DNA from: Lama guanicoe
Lineage: Eukaryota
Length of the DNA stretch: 64,000 nt
Direction of reading: 5' to 3'
Assembly (NCBI GenBank): GCA_013239625.1
Contig: MU053881.1
Location: forward strand, 9,757,957-9,821,956
This document shows positions 1 through 12,744 of this stretch, in pieces. A program made the position numbers and the translations under genes. The notes below the pieces were generated by a model that worked only from the letters and a program-made list of their open reading frames with translations, did no database searches and was not told the origin of the DNA. Position 1 is the first letter of the stretch, and the number at the start of each line of letters is the position of its first letter.

Positions 1-356
1 CATAAGGACAAAATACTAATAGGATTTGTTTTGATCTTCTCTGGGTAACTTCACAACCGGGGAGTTCTAGAAAGATGAGGGGAAACAATGCTTTAAATAT
101 CCATAGTCTGGCCCATAAACACAATTTGAATTATATTATAGCTTAGAAAGTCAAGTTATGAGTTAATGTATATGACTGAGTGAGGAATAAATGGCTTACA
201 AATGAATTTTGAATCATACCTTTCTCAGAAATTAGATACTCCCTATATAAATACAAATTTGAATTGATTTCCTCTTCATATTTAGTAGTTTTCTTCTTGC
301 TTCCATGAATATAGTCTGACTTCTCTCAGGGACTCAACTTGTCACCTTTAACAGAG

Positions 357-579
357 CAGGCGGTTGACAAATGTTTTCCATAAAGGGTCAGAGAGTAACT
401 ATGTTAATTTTTCTGGCCATGTGATCTTCATTCCAACTGCTCAAGTCTAGTGCAGAAGCACAAAAGTGGCCATAGGCAATGTGGTGAACAAATGGGAGTT
501 ACAGTTACAATAAAATTTTACTTACAAAAACAAGTGGGTGGCTGGATTTGACCCTTGGGCCATGGTGTGCCTACCCCTG
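357..579 (+). mobile_element. MER58A-like hAT-Charlie non-autonomous DNA transposon, full length
   Basis: Termini cagg..ttgacaaa and tgcctacccctg; internal motifs 'taaagggtcagagagtaa', 'caataaaattttacttacaaaaaca' and 'ggatttgaccc' are collinear with the MER58A consensus. Confidence 0.85.
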
Positions 580-2269
580 AAAAGTAATAGAAAGTCAAAG
601 ACTTTCTGTATCTCAGTCACTCCTACAAAGGGAATGACTTTGTTCTGGCTAACTATAGTTTGAAATCTTCACGCAGCTTTCTTTTACGGCTAGCACTGTG
701 AGATATTTATTATTTATTTAAAGAATGCAATCTTGGGATAGAAGAAGGTATGCATTATTCAAACTTGCAATAATTTTTTTTTAAGTCTCTGGTATATAAC
801 GATACCTTGAGTTTAAGTGTATTTGAAAAGAATTCTTTCTCTCACATTGTTATGCAGACACTCAGGAGCTGTAGCAAACAGTTTGCACATCTGATTCTCT
901 TCAGTATTTTCTCACCAACACTTTGATGAAAAAAGACTGTTATTTTAAAGATAATTTGAAGACTACCAGACATCACATTGTAGGGACTACAGTTTGAACT
1001 TTCAGGACTATAAAGCTATTTTATTAAGACAGAGGTAGGAAAGCACTAGAAAGCTCTACTCTTTCTCTCTTTCTCACTTTCTTTCTTTCTTTCTTTCCTC
1101 CTTTTAGAGGAAAGCACAGAAGTCTTGAAAAACTGAAATTATTCTTTTAACTTTGGTTCTTGAGTTTGTGAAGTTTTTTTTTTTTCCTTTTTCTTGATAG
1201 ACATGCTTTCATAGCATTTGACAATACTGAGGTGGGTACATTTTACTTAACTGGGACAGAGGACTGAAGCCAAAATTCTAAGCATGATTTAAATTTAGAC
1301 ACTGACTTCCCATCTGGACTGGAAGAAAAAGATTGGCTTTCTCCTTAACTTGTATTTACCTATCTTGTTGCAATATAATGAAAATTAATTAATCTGTGTT
1401 AGGGAAACACGTGGAAGACGAGAATGCCTTATAAGTACTAGATATCTTTAAAAGATGTCCCTGTTGGAATAAATGACTCCTGCCAAAATACTTGGAGAGA
1501 GAATATTGCTTTGCATTTAAAACCCTAATTTAATTTTCAGTAAAATGTTATTGCTTTCTTTGTTAAATAGATTGAATAACCATAAAGTCTTTGATCAAAT
1601 AAATGCTACCATGGATGGATTATTGTCACATTGTGGTTGGAACAAACACGAGATATTGATCTTAGTGATGTTTTATTCATATTAGAAATCATGTCAATAC
1701 AAGCCATTTGGACAGATGGAGAGTCATATACTTAACTACAGAATTTAACTACCTGTCCTTGTTTTCTTAAATTTTCCAGTTCATTAAAGCATCATTTTTA
1801 TTAGTAAATCCAAGAATTAATGAGCTTGATAGCAGCTTCTATCACTGGGCTTTTGAGCAAGATTTTCTATTATCACCTGCAGACTAGCCTTCTGGGCATA
1901 CAAATTTCATTCTTTTTCTCTTCCCTGAATTTTTCCATGAAATTTGCTTTGACGTTACTAATAGCAGACCAGAATTTAATGATTTTCAAGCAAAATGCCA
2001 CTGGTGAATATAACTGCCTAGATTGCCTCAAATTTGTGAACAGTGCTAAAATAAACATTAATATAATTAATGGAGTGTAGTTTTACTGGCTTTCCTTCAG
2101 ATAAATCCTGCCTCAGATCTGTTTAAAATAAAGATGTTTTAATTGGTATGTTGTAACTGACTTTCACTTCTTTTAATATGCAAAGGGGTAAAACAAATTC
2201 TCTATGAACTTAACTATTTTTAGTTTGGGTTTTGTGTTTGTTCAATCATCTGAAAATCAGTGGCTAAAA

Positions 2270-2799
2270 TTGAGAATACACCCCCTCACCCCCTAATAAA
2301 GTATATAGCATACAAATTGCTTCTTTGGATTTGGTAGCATTCTGATGCGTAACACTGTGCTTCAAACGCTGTTTTGTTCTAGTTTGGGGGCCCGGGCTAG
2401 AGGCCAGTTCATTCCTCTTCCTGAACAGCTAATTCCACACCCTAACCACCTCCCTCATCAGGCTCTCACATTCCTGGCCACTATACCCTCACCTTAATCA
2501 CCCCAGGGCCAGGTACCAGACAACCAGATATAAGCCCTGTGCCCCAGAGCCCACTGAAATCATTCCAACTGGCCAGTCCTAGGCCTGTTTCCTGATTTGT
2601 CATCTCTTCCCTTGGAAACCACAGTAAAGATGCTCTGCTCGCAGCTCCCAGCTTCCTCTGCCTTGTGATGGACGCTGTGTGCCATGTACCACCTGCAACC
2701 TCGGGAATGATGAGAAGACTGAACTGTCTTTTCAATGGCAGTCATCTCCTATCTATTCTCCTTATCATACCTAGATAATAAAACCTATTAATTAAAGCA
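2270..2799 (+). mobile_element. MER74-family ERVL solo LTR
   Basis: Diagnostic strings 'cccgggctagaggccag', 'taatcaccccagggccaggtaccagacaac', 'ggaaaccacagtaaag', 'cttttcaatggcagtcatctcc' and 'taataaaaccta' occur in consensus order. Confidence 0.8.
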
Positions 2800-3464
2800 A
2801 GCTGGACTTACTTTGTTTCGCTTTTTTATTTTTCCCTCTCTCCCTCTTTCTGAACCCCCTTCCTCTGTCCCTCTCTCCATCCCTTCCTTCCACCAAGCAC
2901 AAGCAGCCATCTCTGCTCTCTGACTTGAAGATGCTTCTTTATATTCTGTGCTTTATGACACATTTCAAAACTGAAAACAGAGTGACGACAGGAATGTCAA
3001 GCAGTCTGCCCCACTGAGGACTCACCGGACACTGCTGGGGCGCCCAGAATGGGGCCACCATGTGAAAGGGACACTTTATGAGGCCAAGCACTAAAAAGTG
3101 GATCGGCTCACTGAAGCCGCCTCAAGTGGATTCATGAATGCTGTTGATGACCTGCCTTGTATTTCACAGGTGTTTTCTGATGCCCCCCCCCCACTACATG
3201 CCCCCATGCTCCTGACTTCCAGTAACTCCTGTCATGAAGCACACAAAGGAACTGTAGTTGTGTCACTGTGATAAGCAGGTCTCATCCGTGCAAAATGGGG
3301 GAAAAGATCAGATGTCACCATTGTAAAAGGGATTTAATCTGTGGAGACAGCGCTCAACATTTAGTGCTTAGCTCAAATGTTATTTCCCCAGGAAAACTTT
3401 CCCCAGAGTCTCAAACGAATAGACTGCGGTTAGGAATTTAGGGGAGGAGACACAGAGTAACGAG

Positions 3465-4900
3465 CTATTTTTATCAGGTCATATCAAGGATAGTTTATCA
3501 CGGTTGACAAGGAATTTGATCACTTGGCTGAAGTAGGGTTTGCCGGATTTCTATACTATGTAACTACTCTCTTGTCCCCCTTTCCAGATTGTATTCTTCG
3601 GAAGGAAGTCACTATAAACAGCCCACACTTGAGGAGGGGGGAGTTATGAGAATGGAGTATCTACGTCAATTGTTTAGAATTCTTCTTCATAGGAGATTTG
3701 TCTCTTCTCTCCCATTAATTTATTCAATAATTTAATTATATCACTATAAACTTACGGATATTTATTTTATACCTTAGGTCATATTCGAATTTATGCTTTA
3801 CTTTATTGCTTACATAGTTTCAGCCTTGGCCACTGAATGTTCTTTTTAGTTGACGCCTATGTCCCTTTAATGTACCCCCATCCTTGTGCTTTGTTTTGTT
3901 TTGTTTGTAGCACTGTCTTACTGTCTTGCACTAGAAAATGCTCCAAGCTCACTTGTACATTTTCTGCCCCAATCCTCGAATCAGTCCTTTCTCCAAGGAG
4001 CCTTAGCTCCTTTAAGAATGGTATTAGAAACAAAAATCTGGGTACTAGGGGTGCTCATTACTACTGAGGTGTCATTATTTCTAAGCTTGACAGAACACTG
4101 AAATATATGTGAATATACTAACTAAAGTATATATACATACTTATAAATATTTCCATATTTAACCCTCTGTAACTATATTAAGCTAAACACAAGAGTTCAT
4201 ATTGATGTCTCCAAATCTAATCCATTACTACCTGGATCATTTTAGACGTTTCCCTTTGCTTATCTGTAAATTCCCACTTCAACAGGGAGAAATCTGGCTC
4301 CTACCAATTGCCCTTTGTTTACTTAATGGTTCCTTTTCAGGATTCACAGATAGGAGTTTCAGCAGAGTTGTTAACTCATAAATCTGGAGGAATCAACACC
4401 ATCTACTAGAGTACAGTGCTGAAGTATAGTTTGTTTGGACTTTCATCATACAGACTCTACGCATGTTCAGTGTTAACTTAGGTCAGCATCCTTTCTCCTA
4501 TAGGCTTCAGGAAGATAGTTTTGCAGATGTGTAATACACTTAGATGTTAAAACAAACAAACAAACAAACAAGCAAAACACCATACTCTAATTTCCATCTT
4601 GGAATCCCCTGAAGAACTAAATGAACTTAAAAAAACAAACAAACAAACTTGTGTACATGTCACTCTTTGTGCCATCAAGTTCTAAGGGTTTTGACTGATG
4701 CACAGTGCCATGTATCGTACAGAATAGTTTCCTGTCCTAAAAGTTCCCCTGTGCTTTGTCTACTCAGTACATCCCAACTCCTTGAATCTCTGCAACCACT
4801 GACCTTTGTATTGTTGTTGTAGTTTTACCGTTTTCCAAAATGTCATATAATTGGAATCATACAATTTGCAAACTCTCCAGGCTGGCTTGTCTTACTTAAG
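3465..4900 (-). mobile_element. Old LINE-1 (L1MC/L1MD-type) 3' UTR segment
   Basis: Antisense L1MC/MD-like motifs 'tgatcacttggctgaagtag', 'ggaaggaagtcacta..cagcccacactt', 'ttctccaaggagcc', 'tattagaaacaaaaatctgggtactagg'; ends at 'tgtcatataattggaatcataca'. Confidence 0.8.
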
Positions 4901-4904
4901 ATAA

Positions 4905-6840
4905 ATTAAAAATTTAAAACAATTTCATTTTACCATAATTTATTCCTTTTTCAACACTCTCGTTTCCTTTATATAGATCCGAGTTTCTCACATATAACGT
5001 TTTCCTTCTACCTGAAAAACGTTTTAAAACATTTCTGACAGAGCAGGTGTGATGGGGATGAGTTCCTACTTCTTCTTTTTTATTTTATTTTTTTTTTTGA
5101 CTGAGAAAATATTTATCCTTCAATTTTGAAGAATAATTTAGCTAGATATAGAACTTCAGACTGGCAGTTTATTCCTTTCAATATTTTAAACATTGCACTC
5201 TACTGTCTTCTTCCTTGCATGGTTCTGACAAGAAAAAGTCCACTGAATTCTTATCCTCTGTAGAGAAGGTGTTCTCCCATCCCGGGCATCCTTCAAAATT
5301 TTCTCTGGTTTGGGTTTTCTGCACTTTGAATACAGTATGCCTGAGAGCAGATGTTTTGGTATTTATTCTGCTTGATGTTCTCTGAGCCTCCTTTATCCTT
5401 GGTTTGGTGTCTTTCATTGATCTTTGAAAATTCTTGACCATTATTCCTTCAAATATTTCTTCTACTCCATTCTCCCTTTCCTCTTCTTGGTATTCCAATT
5501 ATGTGTGTGTCTAGGTTTTGAAGTTTTCCAGCAGGTCTTGGGTTTTGATTCTATTTTTTTCATTATTTTTTCCACTTTCCATTTCAATTTGGAAACTTTC
5601 TACTAACTTATCTTCAAATTAACTGATTCTTTCCTCAGCCGCGTCCAGTCTACAGATGAGACCATCAAAGGCGTCCTTCATTTCTGTTACAGTGTTTTTT
5701 ATTTCCAGAATCTCCCTTTGATTCTTTCTCAGAGTATCCAACTCTTTTATTACCTTGGCCATCTGTTCTTGCATGTTGTCTTACTTTTTCCACTAGCGCT
5801 CTTGACATATTGACCACAGTTACTTTAAATGTCTCTGTCAGATAATGCCAAAATCTCTCTCATAGCTGGGTCTGGTTCTCATGTTTTCTTTGTCTCTTAA
5901 GACTATGGTTTTCCTTGCTTTTTAAGCATACCTTGTAAGCAACAAGCACCGAGATAAACAGGCCTTTAGTTTAAGGTTTCACATTCATCTGACTTGGAGC
6001 TGGTCTGTGCTTTACCTTTGCTACAGCTCTTGGTGCCAGAGGCTTCAAAGTTCTCTAGAAGCCTTGATGTTTGACTCTCGTGTTGTCTCTGGTCTTCCCT
6101 AAGAACTACTCCTCAGATCAGGACTGTGTCTTGCAACGATTTTAGCTTTAATGCACCATTGTTACAATAAAAACATGTTCACGTGGTGAAAAAATATAGG
6201 ACAGGGGAGGCATTTTATAGTCACACAATTACAGCTCAGTCATTTAGTGGCCTAGACTATGAGCTTCACAGAGTGTTTCTTAGATCCTTACTCTCACCCT
6301 CCCAGAGGCTATTTGCCCACTTTGGATAGATACGCTTCTGGTAAAGTATCTTCTGGAGAGTGGACCTTAGTTATGGAGAATGTACTGGCATATTTCACAA
6401 TGCCTCCTCCTCCGCTCCCCTGCCAGAGCCACGAGGAGATCTTCTCTGACTTTTTGTCATAAGAACCTCGTGGGGTTCCCAGAGATAAAGCCCACTAATG
6501 TATGAGAAGCCCCTGAGACCACGACCTTCCAAGAGTCTCTCACTCCCAAGAAATCCACACTCAGCCTCCAACACTTTGTTATGGTTACCATTTGAGGGCT
6601 CCTGCCAGCTTATGGCTCCAGCAGCTTCTGCTCCATCATGGAGACCTTGGCGATGTCTCTCTGGATTCCCCTTTCTCTCTAGATTCTGCAGTAGCACTTT
6701 GCCTTGCAACCTCAGTTCACTGATGGATGCAAAAGAAGGTAACAGTTTTCAGTTCATTCAGCTTTATTATTATTTTTTTAAGGATGGGAGTGATAACTTC
6801 CAATGTCTTAACATGTTGGAGCTAAAACATGAAGTTTAGT
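4905..6840 (-). mobile_element. Old LINE-1 5' half (5' UTR, ORF1 remnant, inter-ORF region)
   Basis: Contains the ORF1p-like translation at 5178-5498; typical antisense ORF1 text 'ttctttcctcagccgcgtccagtctac', 'tcaaaggcgtccttcatttctgttacagtg'. Confidence 0.8.
5178..5498 (-). pseudogene. Degenerate LINE-1 ORF1p fragment (RRM region)
   Basis: EEERENGVEEIFEGIMVKNFQRSMKDTKPRIKEAQRTSSRINTK..LRHTVFKVQK matches the L1 ORF1p pattern (IFEEIMxENFP..IQEAQRTP.RIN..PRHI..K); similarity is lost afterwards, suggesting a frameshift. Confidence 0.85.
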
Positions 6841-6859
6841 AATATATTTATGATGTCCT

Positions 6860-7590
6860 GTTAGGTAAAAGAGAAGCATGTTTTAAAACATGACATAAAG
6901 TACAAGGTTTTTATACTTACATATGTGTATATGTAATGAAAAACATATACCAAATTATTAATAGTTCTTAATCCCAGAGTACTGGGATAAAAGGTTATTT
7001 TATTTTCATCTACTTCTTTCATTTTGCTTTCTAAAGTTTCTACAATGAACTGTTATCACTTTGAAAACATATTATTTTAATCTTTTTATTATGAAATATG
7101 TTAAACATACATTAAAAAGTAATAAACAACCAGCTCCCCTTCTTTAGAGTAACTGTTTGTCCTGGTACTCCCTAACCAAGTTTTAAACTTTTAGTTGATA
7201 TGCATGTACATGAAGTGTTTGTGTTTTAAAAATTTATAAATACGTTGTATTCTGTACATAACTTCCTGAAACTTGCATATTCTAGTTGAAGATGTGTATG
7301 CCTACAACCCAGGAATTTCAACATAAATGCCCTAAAGATGTTCCCTCATGAGTGCATAATGAAAGTTTATAATAGTATTTAATTTTGCATTATTACATTT
7401 GGGCAAAAAAAACTGAAAACAACCTAAATTTCCATCAGTTAGAGGGTAGATAATAGATTAGCATATTCGTACAAATGAATAGTGTAAAAAAATTAAAATG
7501 TGCGATTAGATCAACAGGCCATGAACACAGGTAAATCTCAAGTAACATTATACTGGCTTAAACATCTGTAAATATTTAAATAAAAAAAGT
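6860..7590. mobile_element. Mosaic of very old L1M(E/C) 3' fragments in both orientations
   Basis: Sense 'aaagtttctacaatgaac', 'acaacccaggaatttca' and 'aaaacaacctaaatttccatcag', with an antisense piece in between. Confidence 0.5.
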
Positions 7591-7619
7591 ATTCACTCTT
7601 TATTCCTGTTCTCAAATTA

Positions 7620-8750
7620 ATAATAGCAACATTCTCTTTTTAATAATTCAACAGCTGTCCTGGAGTTCTTTTCACTTCATCACTTCCATCACCGTCAGCT
7701 ATTTCAAAAATTACACTTGTGATATCACCAATACTTGGATTTCAAATTACTCTCCCACAGTTTAATGATCATCTTCACTCATTTTGTCCATCTTTAAACA
7801 CTTCTTGATTTTATCCTGAACTAAGTAACATCCAAGGCGACAATCTCCTAAACTCTATCTAGCACACCGTATCTTCCTCCCCTCATTCCTCCTGTCAGTG
7901 CAGTCTTGCTGAAGATGTTCCTTTGCCTTCATAATAATCTTCACCCCTCCAGCTTCTCACTGCTTCCCATTTTTTGTGAGATTCTGGAGGATCTCACGTG
8001 CCTCCTTCCTCATAGCATATTTAGCTATCTCACTGTTGTTCTCATGAATACCCTAGATTCATGCCTCATTTTTTTTTTCCCCTGACTTTACAATTCTGTT
8101 GATTTTCAACCCTGAGTCACTCCTGTCTCCTCCAACCCATTTTCTTTCTCCTTTGACTACTGAACACTGCTGGAGGAGGTTACGGGATCAGGCACAGCAT
8201 GAAACACACCAATTCCTAACACAACTGGGCTTCTAAGGCTGCTTGGTAACCATTATTTCTGTGTCAGTTTCTTATTACACACCTGCAGGGGTTTGCAAGT
8301 CTTCCCTGGTCTTCTCACAATACCAAAGCCCTTGACTACCTTCCCCACTGGAATTAGCCTTGATACCTCATTGTCTAGAACTGTACTGGGAATGTTAAGT
8401 TTGTTTAATTTCTCTTTATCTTTTTCTATATCTCAGTATTACTCTCTACCTTCAACCAGTATTTCCTTCCTCCTTCTTGTAGAAGAAATATGACTTCCTC
8501 CTGTCATAACTAACAGCTACCTGTATGCCTGTTTTGACATCCCACACGTGTCACCATGATTTTACTCTTTTACCTTTTATATTGCCTATTTCCCGTTTCT
8601 TCAAAGCCCCTTCTCTCCTGCTTACAAATATACTTAGATCTCCCCTCTCCAAATAGAATTTTATATTTTTCTTGCTGTTCCCTTGTTATCATCCAGCCTC
8701 CCTTTTTATCTCTCTTTGCTTACTCTTACTTGCCAAAAATGTTAGTTTAA
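7620..8750 (+). mobile_element. Highly diverged LINE-2 body
   Basis: Long pyrimidine-rich stretch with L2-like wording ('ctgaacactgctggagg', 'actgggcttctaaggctgcttgg', 'ttctctcctgcttacaaatatact'). Confidence 0.5.
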
Positions 8751-8859
8751 CATCTAAAAATTTTACATTCAGAATTATATCACAGAAAATAACATTAGAA
8801 GGCTACCACAGCTGAGATTAAGTAAGTATGAAATCTGTTTCATGCTTCCTGAAAATCTT

Positions 8860-9675
8860 TTTAACAGAAAGTAATAAATCGTAACACGAAAAGCCCTAAT
8901 CCCCAAGCCTTCCCTTTCTCCCTCGCCAGAGGTTGTCTCTCTCCTGAAGTAGACTTGTCATTCCATGCTTTTTCTGCATTTTGTATTTTTGCACTATATA
9001 TGTATGTATGTATATATACAGTGCAAAAATACATATGTGGGTATATATATATATATGTATATACATATATATGTTTTGTGTGTGTGTGTGTCTTTAAAAA
9101 TTCAAACAGGGTCACATACTGTATATATTCTTTAATTTGTTTTCACTTCATGTTAGGTTTTCAAAATTAATTCATGTTAATACATTGTAGTGCTCATTTG
9201 TGAATTTTAACAACTGTATAAAGCTGCATTGTATTAATGAATGACAGTTTATTTCTCTCTCTCTCTCCCTACAGAAGTGTTTATATCATTTCCCCTTTCT
9301 TACTATTACAAGCAGTGCCAACGTCTCCTTGCCCAAGTGGGAGAGTTTATCTGCGGAGACCATCTAGAAGTGAAGTGCTGGGCTGAAGCATAGTCAGTAT
9401 TACTAATGTGCACTTCAAAACGATCGTTCAAATTTACATTCAAACCAGACTTTGTGTCACTGCTTGTTTCCAGAAATCTTCACCAATACTTCGTGTTATC
9501 CAACTTAATTTGTTTTGCCAGTCTGATGAAAATGAAGTGCTATCTTAATTTAGTTTTTCATTTTGTTGATTATTACTTTGTAGAGCAGCCTTTCCTGTGC
9601 TGACTGGCCACTTGTGTGTTCTGTTCAAATAACTGTCTGTTTATACCACTTGTCCAGTTTCTATCTTTTTTTTTT
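8860..9675 (-). mobile_element. Old L1ME-type 3' fragment containing TA/TG microsatellite
   Basis: Antisense L1ME motifs 'aattcatgttaatacattgtag..tcattt..aacaactgtata', 'tctagaagtgaagtgctgggc', 'ttttgccagtctgatg'. Confidence 0.65.
8995..9091. repeat. Compound (TA)n/(TG)n microsatellite
   Basis: Directly visible tatatatata and tgtgtgtgtg runs. Confidence 0.9.
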
Positions 9676-9684
9676 TATTGATGG

Positions 9685-10480
9685 GCATTCATTCATTTAT
9701 TCAACAAGTATTTACTGAACATTCCGTCTCTAGGCACTCTTTTATGAGCTAGAGAAACCTCAATGAACAAAACAAAAATATTTGACATTTTGGAGTTTAC
9801 ACTTCTGAAGGGGTGTAGACAAAGAAGTTAAAAAATAAGGAAAATACATATTGTGTGGCAAGGTGATATATAAAATGGAAATAAAAATAGAGCACGGTAA
9901 AGGGAAATGTGTAAGTGGCAGTATGAAATACTGTGGTCAGTGCAGTTCTCACTGAGGGGAAACTTGATCAGACTTGAAATTGCCAGAGAAGTTAGCCAAA
10001 CCATTTCCTGCAGAATAAAGCAGCTCAGACAAAGGAAACAGTGAGAACAAAGTCAGTAAGGTAGGTGCATGCTGGCCATGTCTGAAGAACAGAAAGGAGA
10101 CTAGTGTGTGACTGGACCAGAACGAGGGAGGGAGGAAGAAACTGGAGTGGAGATGAGGGAGTCGCTGCAGGGTTCTGAGCTATGATCTGCCCTAAGGCTT
10201 TAAAGCAGCCCGTGGCTGCTGTGTAAGAATATGACAGAAGCAGGGAGAGCAACCAGCAGACTGTTGGCACAATACTGGCAAGAGATGACAACGGCTTGAT
10301 CCAGGATGGTGGCAATGTACATGGTGAAAGGTGGTCAGATTCTGGACAAAGTTCGAACATTGAGATGGACTGGTTGTGAAGTGTTAAAGAAAAGAGAAGT
10401 CAACAGCTGCTCTGGGCTAGAGTTTGCCTTGAGTCACGGCAAGGATGCAGGTACTTCAACTGTGATGGGGGAAGGCTGGG
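9685..10480 (-). mobile_element. LINE-2 (L2a-like) 3' portion
   Basis: Starts with reverse L2 tail 'cattcattcatttattcaacaagtatttactgaac', followed by purine-rich L2 body ('gcagggagagcaaccagcagactgttggcacaatactggcaagagatga', 'gtggtcagattctgga'). Confidence 0.8.
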
Positions 10481-10569
10481 GGCGGATCACGTCTATGAAT
10501 CATCACAGGTATACTTGGCATAAAGATGGATGAAATCAACAAAGGAATAAATTAGAAAGACAAGAGGAC

Positions 10570-11610
10570 AAGGATTTGGCTCTGTGCTAGTTTAACTAAG
10601 TATTGTAGGAATTCTTAGTATATTAGGAGATTATGGTCCTCTGAGAATTACCTGCGTGGAAAAATTGTCTCAGTCTGAGACTTTCCACTTCATTTTGTTC
10701 AGGGTGTCTTTATAATATACAAGTTCTAAGTTTTAATAGAATTAAATTTATAAATCTTTTTATCATCTTAATTTTAGGGGTTTTAAAATTTTTTTCTTAA
10801 AAATTAAAGCCATCTTTTGTTACACTTATTCCTAGTTACCTCATAGATTTAAATGCTATCTTCTCTAGAATTATATTTCTGTTTACTGTCAATGTATAAG
10901 AATATTACTAGATTTTGTATGTAGCTCTTCTGCGTTCTAATTTAGATTCTCTTGTGAATAATAAATGTACTGTTCATTTCTTTCCATTCACTATATACAT
11001 TAAAAAAATCTCTTGGCATTAGTTAGGATCATTATAAAATGTGGAACAGAAAAGAGACAAGAGAACCACTGACTGACTTCATGATGAATATTTTTACCTT
11101 TTATTATTAAGATGCTGGGTTAATTTTTTGGTACCTTCATTGTATTAAGGATGTCTTCTTAGATTCCCTGGATTCTTTTTTTTTTTAATCAGAAATAGGT
11201 GTCTAATTTTATTAAATTATTTTATTTTGTATCCTTTGAGAAGACCATCTAATTCCTCCTCCTTTAACCTGTTAACATATTTAATTACATTAATATTTTT
11301 TCTACTGCTAAACCATCCGTGAATTCTTGAGGGAAACTCTACCTGGTCACAAAGTATTTCTTACACATTTCTTTGTTTGGCATGCTAATATTCTATCTAG
11401 GATTTTTGCATGTAGAATTTTAATTGAGTCAGACTACAATTTTTTTTCTCACACTTTCCTTGTTTCATTTGGGTATCTAGGTTATATATTACCTTTAAAG
11501 TAATATTGCAAAATATTCCTTCTTTTTAATCTCTCTTGAACAGCATGTAAAAGCCAAAGATTTCATGCTTGCAGAAGTTCTGGTTAAATTCATCTCTAAA
11601 ATTATCAGGA
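10570..11610 (-). mobile_element. Old L1ME-type ORF2/3' fragment, probable continuation of 8860-9675
   Basis: Antisense L1 ORF2 wording 'aatcagaaataggtgtctaattttattaaa', 'aaccatccgtgaattcttgag', 'tgctaatattctatctaggatttttgcat'. Confidence 0.6.
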
Positions 11611-12186
11611 CTCACTGGGGTCTGTTCTCCTCACCTATATACGGTCTATTTCTGTGGTATACGTGCTGAACCACCGCAGGGCCCTCTAATTGCTCTCTTA
11701 ACATCCTCCATTGCCAGGATGATCTTTGTAAACTCTCAATCAAATCATGCCACTTTCTAATGGTTTCCTATGGCCTGGAAGGTCCTGTGTGATCTGGCCC
11801 TACCTGCCTTTCTGACCTCATCCACCGCCATTCTCTTCCTAACCCAGTATGTTTCAAAATTAGTGGTTCTTATTCTATTCTTCAAGCTCACCAGAACTCA
11901 CTCCCAGTTCAGGGCCCTTGCACTTTGCTGTGCCCTCTGCTTGGAATGCTCTTTCCTTAGAGCGGAGTTTGGCTGCCTTAATCTCATCCTTCCTATCTCA
12001 GTTCAAACATCGCCTTTCAGAAGGGCTTCACCTGACTTCTGAGTGTAAACGATCAACCCCTCCCCTAGTCCCTCTCTACCCATGATCTGGTTTTGGTTTT
12101 CATTGTTATTGTTTGTTTATTTTTACTAACAGTTACCAATATCGAAGCTGAATTATTTTTCTAACAGATACCAACATTAGAACATA

Positions 12187-12272
12187 TTTTTTTATTTAAT
12201 TGAAATAGAGTTGCTTTACAATGTTGGGTTAGTTTCTGGTGCACAGCATAGTGATTCAGTTATACATACGTT

Positions 12273-12337
<65 letters not shown>

Positions 12338-12465
12338 ATATCCATGTGTGTATATTTGTTATAAATGTTCCTTTTCCCATTCATTGTTTCTATAGGCTAT
12401 TACAAAATATTAAATGTAGGTCCCTGTGCTATACACTAGGGCCTCATTGTCTATGTATTGAGTCT
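12187..12465 (-). mobile_element. Younger artiodactyl-type LINE-1 3' tail (5'-truncated)
   Basis: Poly(T) then 'aattgaaatagagttgctttacaatgttgggttagtttctggtgcacagcatagtgattcagttatacat', and later 'tataggctattacaaaatatt..ccctgtgctataca'. Confidence 0.85.
12279..12340. repeat. (TA)n microsatellite inside the L1 tail
   Basis: About 25 TA units with one internal interruption, directly visible. Confidence 0.95.
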
Positions 12466-12744
12466 ATTGCTTTTATTTATTTATTTTGATTTTGATCTGT
12501 TTGTGTTAGTTCCCTGTATCTTCTCCCCTAATATAGTGAAAAAGCTTAATGAAGGCAGGAACTCTTTCTCTGTTCTCCACTAAAATGTCTCCAAGTCCTA
12601 GAACAGTGTGAGTGCTTGGTACACAGGCTCTCAGGAGTATTTACTGAATGGTTAAATTAGTGGAGGGATAAAAGAAGTGACCCTCATTCTTCACAAATAT
12701 TAAAGAAGGCCATAAAATCCTAATATGCCGAATTCCTCACACAT

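Larger units (their letters stand above)
11680..12670 (+). mobile_element. LINE-2 3' portion, split by a younger L1 tail
   Basis: 'gccaggatgatctttgtaaac', 'gtgatctggccctacctg', 'cagggcccttgcactttgctgtgccctctgcttggaatgctct'; tail 'ctagaacagtg..gtatttactgaatg' resumes after 12490. Confidence 0.75.
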
